Shown here in pieces: positions 1 through 10,125 of a stretch of 64,000 bases of DNA. Numbering within the stretch: the first letter of the stretch is position 1; each line of letters opens with the position of its first letter. The notes beneath the pieces are model-generated. The model was given only the letters and a program-made list of their open reading frames with translations, did no database searches and was not told the DNA's origin. This DNA comes from Gammaproteobacteria bacterium (GTDB taxonomy: Bacteria > Pseudomonadota > Gammaproteobacteria > UBA4575): NCBI GenBank assembly GCA_965243395.1, contig CBDEUS010000002.1:128001-192000 (forward strand). Reading direction: 5' to 3'. Both the position numbers and the translations under genes were made by a program.

Positions 1-132
1 ATCAGATTTTCGTTTCTCTTTTATTATCGCTCGAATTTTGTCACTTGGTGTTTTAGCACCTTCGATATCCAAATTAGCAATAAACTCAGCGTCTTCATGC
101 GAAATTCGCACGCTTAGTGGAATAGTCTTCAT
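1..132 (-). CDS. 5' part of a ribbon-helix-helix-like DNA-binding protein, truncated by the window edge
   Basis: Not in the ORF track. Hand translation MKTIPLSVRISHEDAEFIANL... shows an RHH-like beta-strand/helix pattern. Confidence 0.55.
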   Translation of the reverse strand, partial: MKTIPLSVRISHEDAEFIANLDIEGAKTPSDKIRAIIKEKRKSD

Positions 133-165
133 TTACAGTAAACATGTGTATTCAAATAAATACCT

Positions 166-193
166 ATTGTATACATATGTATACATTTGTCAA
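166..193 (-). promoter_or_regulatory. sigma70 promoter overlapped by two TGTATACA palindromes (likely autoregulatory operator)
   Basis: TTGACA-16 bp-TACAAT on the minus strand; TGTATACA at 168-175 and 178-185. Confidence 0.65.
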
Positions 194-436
194 CAAATAT
201 CATATGGGTACAACAAACCACAATAATACAAATAGTTACAAATTATCTAAATAGCTAAAAATGACGCTCGACTGGAATTATTAAGTCTCTATCAGTTTTT
301 GATCACACTGCAAAGACGGATATTGAGAAATAAACATTAAAAATTTGAGTAGATTAAGGGAGATGTACTCCTCTAATCACCTCAGAATTGGCGTATTGAT
401 AACGACTAGTTAGTGAATACCACTTATCTGGATAAG

Positions 437-460
437 AATATCCACCTAATTTCCACCAAA
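437..460 (+). repeat. CCACC-N6-CCACCAAA repeat (putative integrase arm-type site), copy 1
   Basis: AATATCCACCTAATTTCCACCAAA; related copies at 7777, 27014, 34259, 41492 and, inverted, 56218. Confidence 0.6.
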
Positions 461-462
461 TT

Positions 463-903
463 CTAAGCTTTGCTAATGCTCGGCGTATCTGCATGAATCA
501 ACGATTGAGCGCTATATAGTAAGAATAATACTATTGCCGCCATCGTTAGATTTAAGCCAACCCCAAGATAAACTTCGTAATAAACACATAGTGCAGTATC
601 AAAAACCACCCACATAAGTATCGAAACAAGTAACACATTCCATGTCCTTTGACTTGGGTTTTCAAAATATTGATTTACAACAAATGTAAATAAAACACCC
701 CAACTGGCTAAAGTTGGACCAAATACACTTAATAAGAATATAGTGGGGTATGTAGTAGTTCCCGCACCAAATATTAATTCAATACCTTGTTGATGTACTT
801 GTGAAAAAAACGGAAATAGCGTAAGTGCTAAACCAGCAAGCACATGAATTGGTCCTATTATTTTTAGTAGTCGATAAATTTTCATATGTAATAATCTCTG
901 CAA
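463..903 (-). CDS. hypothetical membrane protein
   Basis: 146 aa, about 4 hydrophobic segments, last gene of a tightly coupled operon. Confidence 0.7.
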   Translation of the reverse strand: MQRLLHMKIYRLLKIIGPIHVLAGLALTLFPFFSQVHQQGIELIFGAGTTTYPTIFLLSVFGPTLASWGVLFTFVVNQYFENPSQRTWNVLLVSILMWVVFDTALCVYYEVYLGVGLNLTMAAIVLFLLYSAQSLIHADTPSISKA

Positions 904-1368
904 TTATAAAAAAGGTTTGGATACCATCAACCAATACAAAACTAGAACGGAGAAAAATGCGGGAAATCCAAGGCTAAACCAAGTTTTGTAAATCCTATGG
1001 TATGAGTCTGGTAACGATTCCCAATTAGCTGTCGCGTATGCAATATCTCTCAACCTTGTTTGCATAACTACTACCGGTATCCAGCAAACACCAATCAAAA
1101 TATACAACCCTATTACAAGATAAAACCATATTGAGTCGAAAGGATAATTCAATAAATGCATTAAATGGAATCCAGTAACAGGTTGTATGATTACTGCAGG
1201 TGTCGTGAAAATCCAATCTGCAAATACGACAGAGCTAGAAGTGCTTCTTAATGTATTAATGTCATTGCTTAAATTTGCTCTTACCATGAAGAACGCTGTT
1301 CCAAGTCCAGTGCCAAACAATATTGTCGAACTTACTATATGTAAAAGTTTAAGTATTAAATATTCCAT
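904..1368 (-). CDS. DUF2269-family integral membrane protein
   Basis: LKLLHIVSSTILFGTGLGTAF, ADWIFTTPAVIIQPVTG and LMVSKP motifs. Confidence 0.8.
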   Translation of the reverse strand: MEYLILKLLHIVSSTILFGTGLGTAFFMVRANLSNDINTLRSTSSSVVFADWIFTTPAVIIQPVTGFHLMHLLNYPFDSIWFYLVIGLYILIGVCWIPVVVMQTRLRDIAYATANWESLPDSYHRIYKTWFSLGFPAFFSVLVLYWLMVSKPFL

Positions 1369-1369
1369 T

Positions 1370-2479
1370 TTAATGCCTCACAATTTCCCAACTGATATCA
1401 AGATGTGCCACTGCATCATCAAATTCATTTAAACTAATCAGCTCAAAACAAGGCATTGCACCTGTGTGTGCAATATCTTTATTTGCTAATTTTTTTGCGA
1501 GAATAATGGCTGGTATTATAGGTATTTCAGGGCCATGTCCATTTAATGCAGTTAAATACCATGTTAGTTCCTTCAACTTATTATCCTGATCTTTTCCAAT
1601 TAGATTTATAAACATTCCACCATCCGGTGTTCCCATAAAATTGAGCACATCGCCAATCTTCTTTATAAGTTTTGCATGTCTATCAGGATTTTTAATTATT
1701 CCTAGACGTGATAAGGAAGCTATCAACCAAAATCCGAATTGGGACGTTTTCGTTTCAAGAGCAGCATGAAATAAAACCGTCTTTGTATTTGTATACCGCT
1801 CAGGGAAAAGACTTAAGTCCGGCACATCGCAAATGCCTAGCCATCTTTTTCCTAATTTTGGAAAATCATGTGCATGGATATCTTGCCAACCAAACAACGT
1901 TTTCCATTCACCATTAACCCAACATAAAATTGGTTTGCCGCAATACGAAAGTACTGCTGCTATCGTTGACTCACCTCTTGGCGCTTTATTCCCGGGAGTG
2001 ATACAAGTTTTTATTGATTCAATTGAATTAAACTCATGTTTGAAATGCTTTATAACGGCTGATGACAAACCAGGCAACGTACTGGCGCCCGTAACAAGCA
2101 GTACATCTTTATCTTTAGCTTCGTTATTAAAATTCGTAAATCCTTCTACGAATGATCTTCCATCTGCAAGGTCAATATAGTGGGTTTTAGTTTGGATGCA
2201 TGCCTCAGCTACTGAATAATCTTGTCCTTGATACGGCCCACTCGTATGGATCAAACAATCAACATTTAATGACTCAAGCCTTTTAATAAATTCACTGGAA
2301 TTTTGATCTATGCTTATTGCGACATGGTTGTCTCTATTTTCCAGCCTTCTTAATAAGGTATTCGCTCTATCTAGACTTCTACCAGCTACGAATAGTTGTA
2401 TATTCGGATCTCCCGACAAAGCATTACAAATGCGTGTGCCGAAATTTCCATATCCACCAAGGACCAAAATCCTATACAT
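1370..2479 (-). CDS. saccharopine dehydrogenase-like NADP-binding oxidoreductase
   Basis: N-terminal VLGGYGNFG Rossmann motif, HTSGPY, HYIDLAD, GASTLPGLS. Confidence 0.85.
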   Translation of the reverse strand: MYRILVLGGYGNFGTRICNALSGDPNIQLFVAGRSLDRANTLLRRLENRDNHVAISIDQNSSEFIKRLESLNVDCLIHTSGPYQGQDYSVAEACIQTKTHYIDLADGRSFVEGFTNFNNEAKDKDVLLVTGASTLPGLSSAVIKHFKHEFNSIESIKTCITPGNKAPRGESTIAAVLSYCGKPILCWVNGEWKTLFGWQDIHAHDFPKLGKRWLGICDVPDLSLFPERYTNTKTVLFHAALETKTSQFGFWLIASLSRLGIIKNPDRHAKLIKKIGDVLNFMGTPDGGMFINLIGKDQDNKLKELTWYLTALNGHGPEIPIIPAIILAKKLANKDIAHTGAMPCFELISLNEFDDAVAHLDISWEIVRH

Positions 2480-2499
2480 ATCTCAGTGTCACTTCTTTA

Positions 2500-2919
2500 T
2501 TAAAATCGATCATTACCTTTAATCTCTAGGTTGTTTATTTTTGTTTTACCTAAAATTTTTAGTAATAAGTTTCGACAAGAACGTAATACTGGATATAAAA
2601 AATATGATCGAGCTTTGGATTTGAATATCCAATAATTTAATCTATTGAAAATGCCGGACTTGCTGCTAATTAAAGCCAGCGCATGTATTGCATCTGAGCC
2701 ATAGAAAATTTTATCATTCATCTTCAGTACCATCCCTTGGTCAATGTCTAACCCCATCTTGGTAATTTCCTCACGCACATCACTTTCCTCGCGTGCATCA
2801 ACTATTTTTAGATTTCCAATATCTTCACGAATGCGAACAACTTGGCAGTAGTTATTACACGCCGGGCATTCCTTGTCGTACACAAGTAAAATTTCTTCTT
2901 TATCCATGATCATTAACAA
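2500..2919 (-). CDS. DCC1-like (DUF393) thiol-disulfide oxidoreductase
   Basis: VYDKECPAC motif and GSDA. Confidence 0.8.
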   Translation of the reverse strand: MLMIMDKEEILLVYDKECPACNNYCQVVRIREDIGNLKIVDAREESDVREEITKMGLDIDQGMVLKMNDKIFYGSDAIHALALISSKSGIFNRLNYWIFKSKARSYFLYPVLRSCRNLLLKILGKTKINNLEIKGNDRF

Positions 2920-3829
2920 TTATTTCTGACACGAGAAACTCTGCCATCTTTTTAACACCATATCTTTCCAAAGGCTCGAAGTACCACGAAGGATCTAATT
3001 TTCGGTCAAACATAATATTCAGCCTGACACGTGTCTCATTTTCTGAAATTTTTTCAAGTTCAACATGCGTGCCTTTAAAATCAATATAGTTTGATATGTA
3101 ACTCGTGTCTTTCAAAATTTCTGTCTTTAGGTAGTCATCTCCCACATCTGCAATTTTTAATTCTGTATGACCTTCATGAATATTTGTGAAAAACCATTTC
3201 TTGTATCGATAGTAAATTTTGTGAACTGCACCTTTGTCTATATTTCCGGCCTCTACTTTGTACGGCATTGGGAACATTCTTAGAAACCAATGCCTCTCTT
3301 TTTGCAAGTCAATTGGTCTAACCATCCTTTCTTTTATTGTTTCAATATCAAATGAAACTACTGTTTCAAAACTTACTGTATTATCCCTATCAAAGCTTAA
3401 ATCTTCATGTGTACCTTCAAACGCAGAAATAAGAACTATTAAGGGAAGCAAATGCACATATAAACTTCCTTTTCCTTTACCTTTTACTTTTCTCCAAATA
3501 AGTTCATAAATAAACCCTAATGTCATCACACCAAAATAAATTGGCATAAACATCACTACACATAAAAATCCTTCAAATAAAAGGACTGAGCTTCCCAGCA
3601 TCACAATCAATGAACCTCTTGCAACATTCCAATAACCAGTCCACCAATTTTTCTTAGGCTCTTGTCTACTTGTCATCACAGCAAGTATCACTGCAATTAA
3701 GAAAGGAGCAGCAACATATAACAATGCAGAGTTATGAAAGTTGTACCCAATTAATAAACGTACCGCTAGCGATCCAATTGCAGCTAGAAATAATAAAAAT
3801 AAAATTGTTTTAGTATTCATTTTTCTCAA
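2900..3829 (-). CDS. hypothetical membrane protein with soluble (possibly SRPBCC-like) C-terminus
   Basis: About 5 N-terminal TM segments including EGFLCVVMFMP; hydrophilic C-terminal half. Confidence 0.6.
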   Translation of the reverse strand: MRKMNTKTILFLLFLAAIGSLAVRLLIGYNFHNSALLYVAAPFLIAVILAVMTSRQEPKKNWWTGYWNVARGSLIVMLGSSVLLFEGFLCVVMFMPIYFGVMTLGFIYELIWRKVKGKGKGSLYVHLLPLIVLISAFEGTHEDLSFDRDNTVSFETVVSFDIETIKERMVRPIDLQKERHWFLRMFPMPYKVEAGNIDKGAVHKIYYRYKKWFFTNIHEGHTELKIADVGDDYLKTEILKDTSYISNYIDFKGTHVELEKISENETRVRLNIMFDRKLDPSWYFEPLERYGVKKMAEFLVSEIIVNDHG

Positions 3830-4719
3830 CCTATTAGTTGCAAATCATCTCTTAGCACTTCAGCTCTCGGGATTCCGATATTGCTTGCGAGATTTAAATG
3901 CTTAAGAATTTGGATAACTCTCCATCCTGGATCACATTGACCTTTTTCAATGCCAATTTGGGCAGATTCTGGAAATGCATGATGATTGTTGTGCCAACAT
4001 TCCCCATAGGTGGCAACGCCCAGTCCAGGAATATTAGATGCTTGAACATATGCATCTTTAACCCGCCAATTACCAGGCCCGGGATTGTGACAAAAGTACG
4101 TGATTGTCCAGTGACCAACTACGCTGACGGACACTCTTACAAATACACCCCATACAACCCAAGACCAACCTCCAAATAAATATAAAGGAACCGCTAAAAG
4201 TAGTTGGTGGAATCTCCAGGTTTTCTCCATAAATACAAACCATGGATCCTCAGCAATCTCTTTTTCAATGATTATTTTTGGAGGCTTTGCATAGTTAAAT
4301 TTAGATGTTAACTGCCACCAAATATCTAAAAAGAAATTTCTTCGATGGGAGAAAAAGTCATGACACTCATTTTGTCGTTGCGCCCAATCCCTTTGATCAT
4401 GAATACGAATAACGCCAAACGGACCTGCCATGCCAACCAAAACCCCAACATATACAAGTAGTCTTGATGCCCACTTAGGAGATTCAAACGTTCTATGAAT
4501 AAGTAAGCGATGCATTCCAACACTATGCCCAATTAGAAGAGAAAAGTAAGTTGTCACAACAAATAGTGTAAAAGCACTCCAAGTGAAAGTGATGGGGGCT
4601 AATATCACTGCTAGCAATATCATTGATAAATTCCAAGCAGCTTTTTTAGAATCGATACTAATAGTTCCCTCATTAGCTGAAGCATGTGTAGCCTTAATTC
4701 TTAAAACTGGTTTCATCAT
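3826..4719 (-). CDS. acyl-CoA (delta9-like) membrane desaturase
   Basis: His boxes GHSVGMHRLLIH and GECWHNNHHAFP. Confidence 0.85.
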   Translation of the reverse strand: MMKPVLRIKATHASANEGTISIDSKKAAWNLSMILLAVILAPITFTWSAFTLFVVTTYFSLLIGHSVGMHRLLIHRTFESPKWASRLLVYVGVLVGMAGPFGVIRIHDQRDWAQRQNECHDFFSHRRNFFLDIWWQLTSKFNYAKPPKIIIEKEIAEDPWFVFMEKTWRFHQLLLAVPLYLFGGWSWVVWGVFVRVSVSVVGHWTITYFCHNPGPGNWRVKDAYVQASNIPGLGVATYGECWHNNHHAFPESAQIGIEKGQCDPGWRVIQILKHLNLASNIGIPRAEVLRDDLQLIG

Positions 4720-4729
4720 AATCAGTACC

Positions 4730-5710
4730 TCAATTATTTGTAGCTAATGTTGTCTTGGTGTTATCCAAATCATATTGCCCAGGAAGTTTTCTTTTAGTTA
4801 TGGATTTAAGTTCTTTTCTTAATGGCATGTCTTCTGGAAGTTTTATATCCCATACAAGACCAATCTCAGATAAAAACATTAACACCCACCATCCCGGATC
4901 AACTTGATCTTCATAAATACCTAATAACGCAGAGCCGGGATAAGCATGATGATTATTGTGCCAACACTCTCCCATAGTGATCCAACCTGTATATTTAATG
5001 TTATATCCTTGAACGGCGGCACCTTCAACTTCCCAATCACGATGACCTTCGTTATGTGCAAAGTAACCAATTAACCAATGCCCAGTAACAGAAACACTAA
5101 CGCGGCAGCAGATGCCCCAAATAACCCAAGAAATACCTCCAAAATAGAAAAGTAATATTGCCCACGGTAATTGTTGCAACATCCATGTGTTCTCCATGAA
5201 TTTATAAACTTTGTCATTTGAAATTCGTGTTTCTGGCTCAAATAAAGGTGGGTTATCAAGATTCAAATCACAATGTATTTGCCACCATCCATCTTTAAGA
5301 AAACTATTTCCATGACAGAAATAATCATGGCACTCACTTTGTCGCTGTGCCCAATCTCGTATATCGTGTGTTTTAACCATTCCGATTGGCCCAGCCATTC
5401 CTACTAATGTTCCCAAGTGAACAAAAAAATATTCAATCCACTTAGGACATTCATAACTGTTATGTATTAATCTACGATGCATCCCTAATGAATGCCCTAA
5501 ACAAAGCGTTGTTGCAGTGAAAATAATAAATACGAAAAAAGCACTGAGTGAGAACGTTAAATAGCCACCAACTAATGACGAAACATACATACTTGTAATC
5601 CAAATTGATTTTTTGGGTGACCATCTCACTGTTCCATTTATTGGATTCGCGCCATTCGTATCATTAATTCTTGGCACTCCATTATTTGTATTCATCGTTA
5701 CACCCCCCAT
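4730..5710 (-). CDS. acyl-CoA (delta9-like) membrane desaturase, paralogue of the neighbouring gene
   Basis: GHSLGMHRRLIH and GECWHNNHHAYP. Confidence 0.85.
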   Translation of the reverse strand: MGGVTMNTNNGVPRINDTNGANPINGTVRWSPKKSIWITSMYVSSLVGGYLTFSLSAFFVFIIFTATTLCLGHSLGMHRRLIHNSYECPKWIEYFFVHLGTLVGMAGPIGMVKTHDIRDWAQRQSECHDYFCHGNSFLKDGWWQIHCDLNLDNPPLFEPETRISNDKVYKFMENTWMLQQLPWAILLFYFGGISWVIWGICCRVSVSVTGHWLIGYFAHNEGHRDWEVEGAAVQGYNIKYTGWITMGECWHNNHHAYPGSALLGIYEDQVDPGWWVLMFLSEIGLVWDIKLPEDMPLRKELKSITKRKLPGQYDLDNTKTTLATNN

Positions 5711-6459
5711 TCATTTGTATTAAATTCACGTTTTTTTAAAGGAAGAATCCACATTTGATAAATAGATGTGAACCACATAAAAGTCGAAGCAGCTGTGTAA
5801 CCAAAACCACCGATTAAAGTGAACCATGCAAATATTGGAATCCATTTAGTAAGCCACCATGACATGACATCTACAATTAAAAACAAGAAAGGTAGAGCGA
5901 TTGCTGATGCCTTAAGCCAATTAGGAATTCCAACCGCAAAGCTAAAAATCAATCCTACAAAGAAGAAAATAAATGAAATACCAAACAAATGAATATGTGA
6001 AACTCTTGTTAGCGAACCAATAGAAGCACCTTCATCTATTTCGCTCACAGATTTAACGTTTTCAAACTTAGTAAAGTCTGGTAGTCCAGGTTCTTCATCA
6101 TGGCAAAAGACACAATTCTTTTGAAAAATAATGTTTATGTTTTCATTCCAACCTTTTTCTGATGCACCTTCTCTTACCCATTTAATAATTTGTGCGCGAT
6201 CATGCGATGATGCTTTGTCTTTCATCGAGCCATTTAATTTATTCTCTAATTTGCTATTTTCACGATTGCCGTAGTAGCTATAGACGATGTCATCTACTGA
6301 GACACCAAGCTTTCCATCCGCCATGCCGTGAGTAAGTAAAATTTGCATTCCTGCCATCAATAACCCCAAACCTATCGCTAATAAATAACCAGTAAATAGC
6401 ACACGAACGGATAGTGCTAATGATGGTAGATTCATATACTCGCCATATTTGGTCTTCAT
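5698..6459 (-). CDS. membrane protein with a single CxxCH (putative c-type cytochrome)
   Basis: CVFCH in a soluble loop; TM segments with SHIHLFG. Confidence 0.6.
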   Translation of the reverse strand: MKTKYGEYMNLPSLALSVRVLFTGYLLAIGLGLLMAGMQILLTHGMADGKLGVSVDDIVYSYYGNRENSKLENKLNGSMKDKASSHDRAQIIKWVREGASEKGWNENINIIFQKNCVFCHDEEPGLPDFTKFENVKSVSEIDEGASIGSLTRVSHIHLFGISFIFFFVGLIFSFAVGIPNWLKASAIALPFLFLIVDVMSWWLTKWIPIFAWFTLIGGFGYTAASTFMWFTSIYQMWILPLKKREFNTNEWGV

Positions 6460-6629
6460 ATTCTTCCCTTAAAAAATGAGATCTATTAGTTAATAAACTG
6501 TGTTCAGCAGGAAGATTAGGGGGCAAACAAGGAAATAACTTCCCGCTTTATAGAGAAGGAATAGAAATAAAATTTACTGTTGAAAACCAGTAAGTTAGAT
6601 AATTACTGGTTTATAAAATAGGAATGTAA

Positions 6630-7643
6630 TTAGTCAGATTCTAGGTTTTTTCTGTAGTTTCCTGGGGACATCCCAGTAATTTCACGAAATGCCGAGTAGA
6701 AGTTGGACTGGGACTTAAACCCGTTTGCTAAGCCTACAGAAAGTACTGATGCATTAGGCTCATTGGTTAGCATATTTTTAGCCTCAGTAACGCGTCTTTC
6801 TCTTATGAATCGAGGAAATCCACAGTCATATTGTGTATTGATTAATTCAGATAATTGATGACTATTAATATCGAGCATTTCTGCAAGCATGCTTAAACTT
6901 AGGTTCTCATTTTGATAAACCTTGTCATCATTCATAAGTTTTTCTAAAGAAGCACGCACAGATTCAACATTGATGCCTCCTAAAGTAGATTTTGCGTAGG
7001 CAGCTTCCGTAATTTCAACAATGTCACTTAGCAATTCAGGAAAGATAATTACCGATGCTGTAACTAATAACATTGCAATCCCTATTGAAGAGGCATATGC
7101 GCCAAAAAAGATTGTGTGGTTTATATAAGGCACAGATAAACCGAGTATCAAAGCTAACAAAGCCATCAACGCAAACAACAAACCAAAGAATATTTCAAAT
7201 TTGAAACGACTACTCTGAGGGCGTAATTGGAAAATAATTCTTGCAATCCAAAATGTATATCCTGTTCCAATTAAAAAAGCGATTACCGGAATTATTTTTA
7301 CAGGAAGAAATAAACCTATAGCGACTGGCACAAAGTGAAGAATATGATAGATGCTTAGCTTCGATTCCGGGAATAAAACTACTCGACTGAAAAAATAAAA
7401 CGTCATTGGAACAAAAAGCAATAAATATAAATATCCACGATTATTGAGTAAATCAGTATCGTTGGAAAAATATAGATAATGCCAAAATTGCAAACCAGAA
7501 AGAGAAATCAGCAATGCAACACAAGACAACTTGCTGATGAAGTTCTTCCTAATATTTGGGAGAAAAAATAAATATGAAAAAAGAAGAATAACTGCGCTGA
7601 ATATAGAAAACCCAGCTATCAATTGTACAAATGTAGATACCAT
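6630..7643 (-). CDS. membrane-anchored AraC-family regulator
   Basis: Several N-terminal TMs; C-terminal LSMLAEML...GFKSQSNFYSAFREITGMSP AraC HTH. Confidence 0.9.
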   Translation of the reverse strand: MVSTFVQLIAGFSIFSAVILLFSYLFFLPNIRKNFISKLSCVALLISLSGLQFWHYLYFSNDTDLLNNRGYLYLLLFVPMTFYFFSRVVLFPESKLSIYHILHFVPVAIGLFLPVKIIPVIAFLIGTGYTFWIARIIFQLRPQSSRFKFEIFFGLLFALMALLALILGLSVPYINHTIFFGAYASSIGIAMLLVTASVIIFPELLSDIVEITEAAYAKSTLGGINVESVRASLEKLMNDDKVYQNENLSLSMLAEMLDINSHQLSELINTQYDCGFPRFIRERRVTEAKNMLTNEPNASVLSVGLANGFKSQSNFYSAFREITGMSPGNYRKNLESD

Positions 7644-7776
7644 CTTATTGTTCTTGTGCCCCAGCTAAATATACATCTACATTCTATATGTGATTAGCCG
7701 ACATGTATTCATCGGATCAATAAATTTAAGCCAAATAAAAACAGTAGATTACGATTTATATGACTCTTGTTTGAAT

Positions 7777-7800
7777 AATATCCACCGTACTTCCACCAAA
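7777..7800 (+). repeat. putative integrase arm-type repeat, copy 2
   Basis: AATATCCACCGTACTTCCACCAAA. Confidence 0.6.
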
Positions 7801-7811
7801 GTATTGATTAT

Positions 7812-8594
7812 CTATACCCAAGTGCTATTCAAGGTATCCCTAAAATAGTTATTTAAACCCTCAGCTTCAGCCTCAGAGCTTTTTTGAGCAAATTTTGTGT
7901 CCTCTAATCGATTTAATTCAGATTCAATAAACTCATTTAGTACTGTAATCTTTTCTGAAGTATCTTTCTCAAATCCAGATTTTTTTCGCTCTAGCAAGTT
8001 ATTTATGGCACTAAGAAGCTTATTGTCATCAACTAACTTTTCTATTAGTTTGGAAAATTCAGTGGGCACCACGCCATAATCATTTTCTATCCATTGCACT
8101 GCTAATAATGGGCGAAGAACATAAAAATATTTTTTTAAACGAACTTGTTCTTTCTGCAAATGCTCTTTATATGTTCTTTTAGCCATACTTAAATAATGAT
8201 AGGCGCATGAAACTGGTGAAAAACTTTTTGGGAGTAAGTTTTGAAACCCATCAGAAAATTTTTCCTTATCTTTATAGACAATAGGAGACCCTATCCACTC
8301 AATCAAAGGTGGATTAGATTTTCGTAACAATCCGAGTGCCTTTCTCAGATCCCAACCATTTATATCAAGCAAATCATCTATAGGTAATTCGATCACATCT
8401 CTTTTGTGTTCAAGATCAATAGATAGATACCACTCAGGTGGATGTATATAAATAAAACGTACGTCAAAATCACTATCTTTAGATGCAAACCCCCACGCTC
8501 GACTACCCGATTCACAGGCATACAAAACTTGAACATTATATTCATCTTCAATTTCATCAAGCTTTTGAAGGATCTCTTCTTTTCTTTCTATCAT
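7812..8594 (-). CDS. RlaP/YcgL-type DNA polymerase beta superfamily nucleotidyltransferase (RNA-repair associated)
   Basis: YACESGSRAWGFASKDSDFDVRFIY, GWDLRKAL, KKYFYVLRP. Confidence 0.9.
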   Translation of the reverse strand: MIERKEEILQKLDEIEDEYNVQVLYACESGSRAWGFASKDSDFDVRFIYIHPPEWYLSIDLEHKRDVIELPIDDLLDINGWDLRKALGLLRKSNPPLIEWIGSPIVYKDKEKFSDGFQNLLPKSFSPVSCAYHYLSMAKRTYKEHLQKEQVRLKKYFYVLRPLLAVQWIENDYGVVPTEFSKLIEKLVDDNKLLSAINNLLERKKSGFEKDTSEKITVLNEFIESELNRLEDTKFAQKSSEAEAEGLNNYFRDTLNSTWV

Positions 8595-8602
8595 AGGTAT
8601 AT

Positions 8603-8902
8603 CTAGAAAAAAGTTTTAACAGTTAAAACTATTCCTAAGATTGGTAGCAATAAAAGCCAAATAATAAATATAGTGGCAATTAATATATTAGCTAAATACG
8701 AAGACTCCACTCCTTCGTCTTCCCAATCTTCATCTGCACAAATTACAGATACAAAATCTGAATTAAACTCAACATTAGAATGTTTATTATCAATTGCGAT
8801 ATCAATCGCATCTTTTAGTAACATTAAACCATCCTTATTGCCTGCAATATTATCTTCATATCTTTCACTGTAAATTTTTACCCAAGCTGTTTCATTATAC
8901 AT
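8603..8902 (-). CDS. small hypothetical protein with C-terminal TM helix
   Basis: 99-aa ORF tightly packed between rtcB and the nucleotidyltransferase. Confidence 0.6.
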   Translation of the reverse strand: MYNETAWVKIYSERYEDNIAGNKDGLMLLKDAIDIAIDNKHSNVEFNSDFVSVICADEDWEDEGVESSYLANILIATIFIIWLLLLPILGIVLTVKTFF

Positions 8903-8916
8903 TCAACTACTCCTAA

Positions 8917-10113
8917 CTATCCTTTTACACATACAACTTGACGCAAAGTGTGTTCAACGCTTACTAAATCATTTTGGTTTTCCATCACCACATCAATATC
9001 TTTATATGCGCCAGGAATTTCATCTAACACACCTTTGTCTTTACGACATTCAACACCAGCCGTTTGCGCTTCAATATCTTCTTCATTGAAATGGCGTTTT
9101 GCTTTACCACGACTCATACGTCGACCTGCACCATGCGAACATGAACTAAATGATTCAGGGTTACCTTTGCCACGAACAATGTAAGATTTAGCGCCCATAC
9201 TACCCGGAATAATTCCAAGCTCATCCACACCAGCACGAATCGCACCTTTGCGTGTAATGTAAACATTTTCACCAAAATGGTTTTCCATAGACACATAATT
9301 ATGATGACAATTGATGGCTTCTTTAGTGATACCAAATTTCGGTAACACTTTTTTTAATGCATCAATTATCAAGCGCATCATTTCTTTGCGATTTTCCATT
9401 GCGTAATCTTGAGCCCAGTTCACTGCATTTACATAGTCATCAAAGTGCTCTGCCCCTTCAGTAAAATATGCTAAATCTTTATCTGGCAAATTATGAATAT
9501 GCTTTTGCATATCTTTTTGTGCTAATCGAATAAAGAATTGGCCAATAATATTCCCTACTCCACGGCTACCCGAATGAAGCATAATCCATACATCATTATT
9601 TTCATCTAAACAGATTTCAATAAAATGATTCCCACCACCAAGTGTGCCTAGTTGACGCACCCAAGTTTGATAAGGCTTTTTCTGCATCTTTAAAAGTTTG
9701 GGGTGTTTTTCTAGTAAGCGATCTAAACCGTCAGATAAAGGTCGTATAGTTGAATTGCGAGCTTTATCTGACTTATGCATATCAAAACCAACAGGTATTG
9801 CAACTTCAATAGCAGTACGCACTTTGCGTAAGTTATCTGGAAGATCATTAGCATTCATTGAAAGACGCAAAGCATTCATTCCACAACCAATGTCTACACC
9901 AACCGCAGCAGGAATAATTGCACCTTTACATGGAATTACCGAACCCACAGTCGCACCTTTACCAAAGTGCACATCCGGCATCGCCGCAATATGACTATGG
10001 ATAAAAGGCAACTGTGATAGGTTGCATAGTTGCTGGTAGGCTTCGTGCTCTATGTCATCAGTATAGATTTTTACTCGCACATTACCTTTGGTAATGACTT
10101 TTTTAATTGGCAT
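8917..10113 (-). CDS. rtcB: RtcB RNA ligase
   Basis: MPDVHFGKGATVG, VGVDIGCG, GTLGGGNHFIE, HSGSRG, PGSMG, SHGAGR. Confidence 0.97.
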   Translation of the reverse strand: MPIKKVITKGNVRVKIYTDDIEHEAYQQLCNLSQLPFIHSHIAAMPDVHFGKGATVGSVIPCKGAIIPAAVGVDIGCGMNALRLSMNANDLPDNLRKVRTAIEVAIPVGFDMHKSDKARNSTIRPLSDGLDRLLEKHPKLLKMQKKPYQTWVRQLGTLGGGNHFIEICLDENNDVWIMLHSGSRGVGNIIGQFFIRLAQKDMQKHIHNLPDKDLAYFTEGAEHFDDYVNAVNWAQDYAMENRKEMMRLIIDALKKVLPKFGITKEAINCHHNYVSMENHFGENVYITRKGAIRAGVDELGIIPGSMGAKSYIVRGKGNPESFSSCSHGAGRRMSRGKAKRHFNEEDIEAQTAGVECRKDKGVLDEIPGAYKDIDVVMENQNDLVSVEHTLRQVVCVKG

Positions 10114-10125
10114 ATGTCACCCTAA

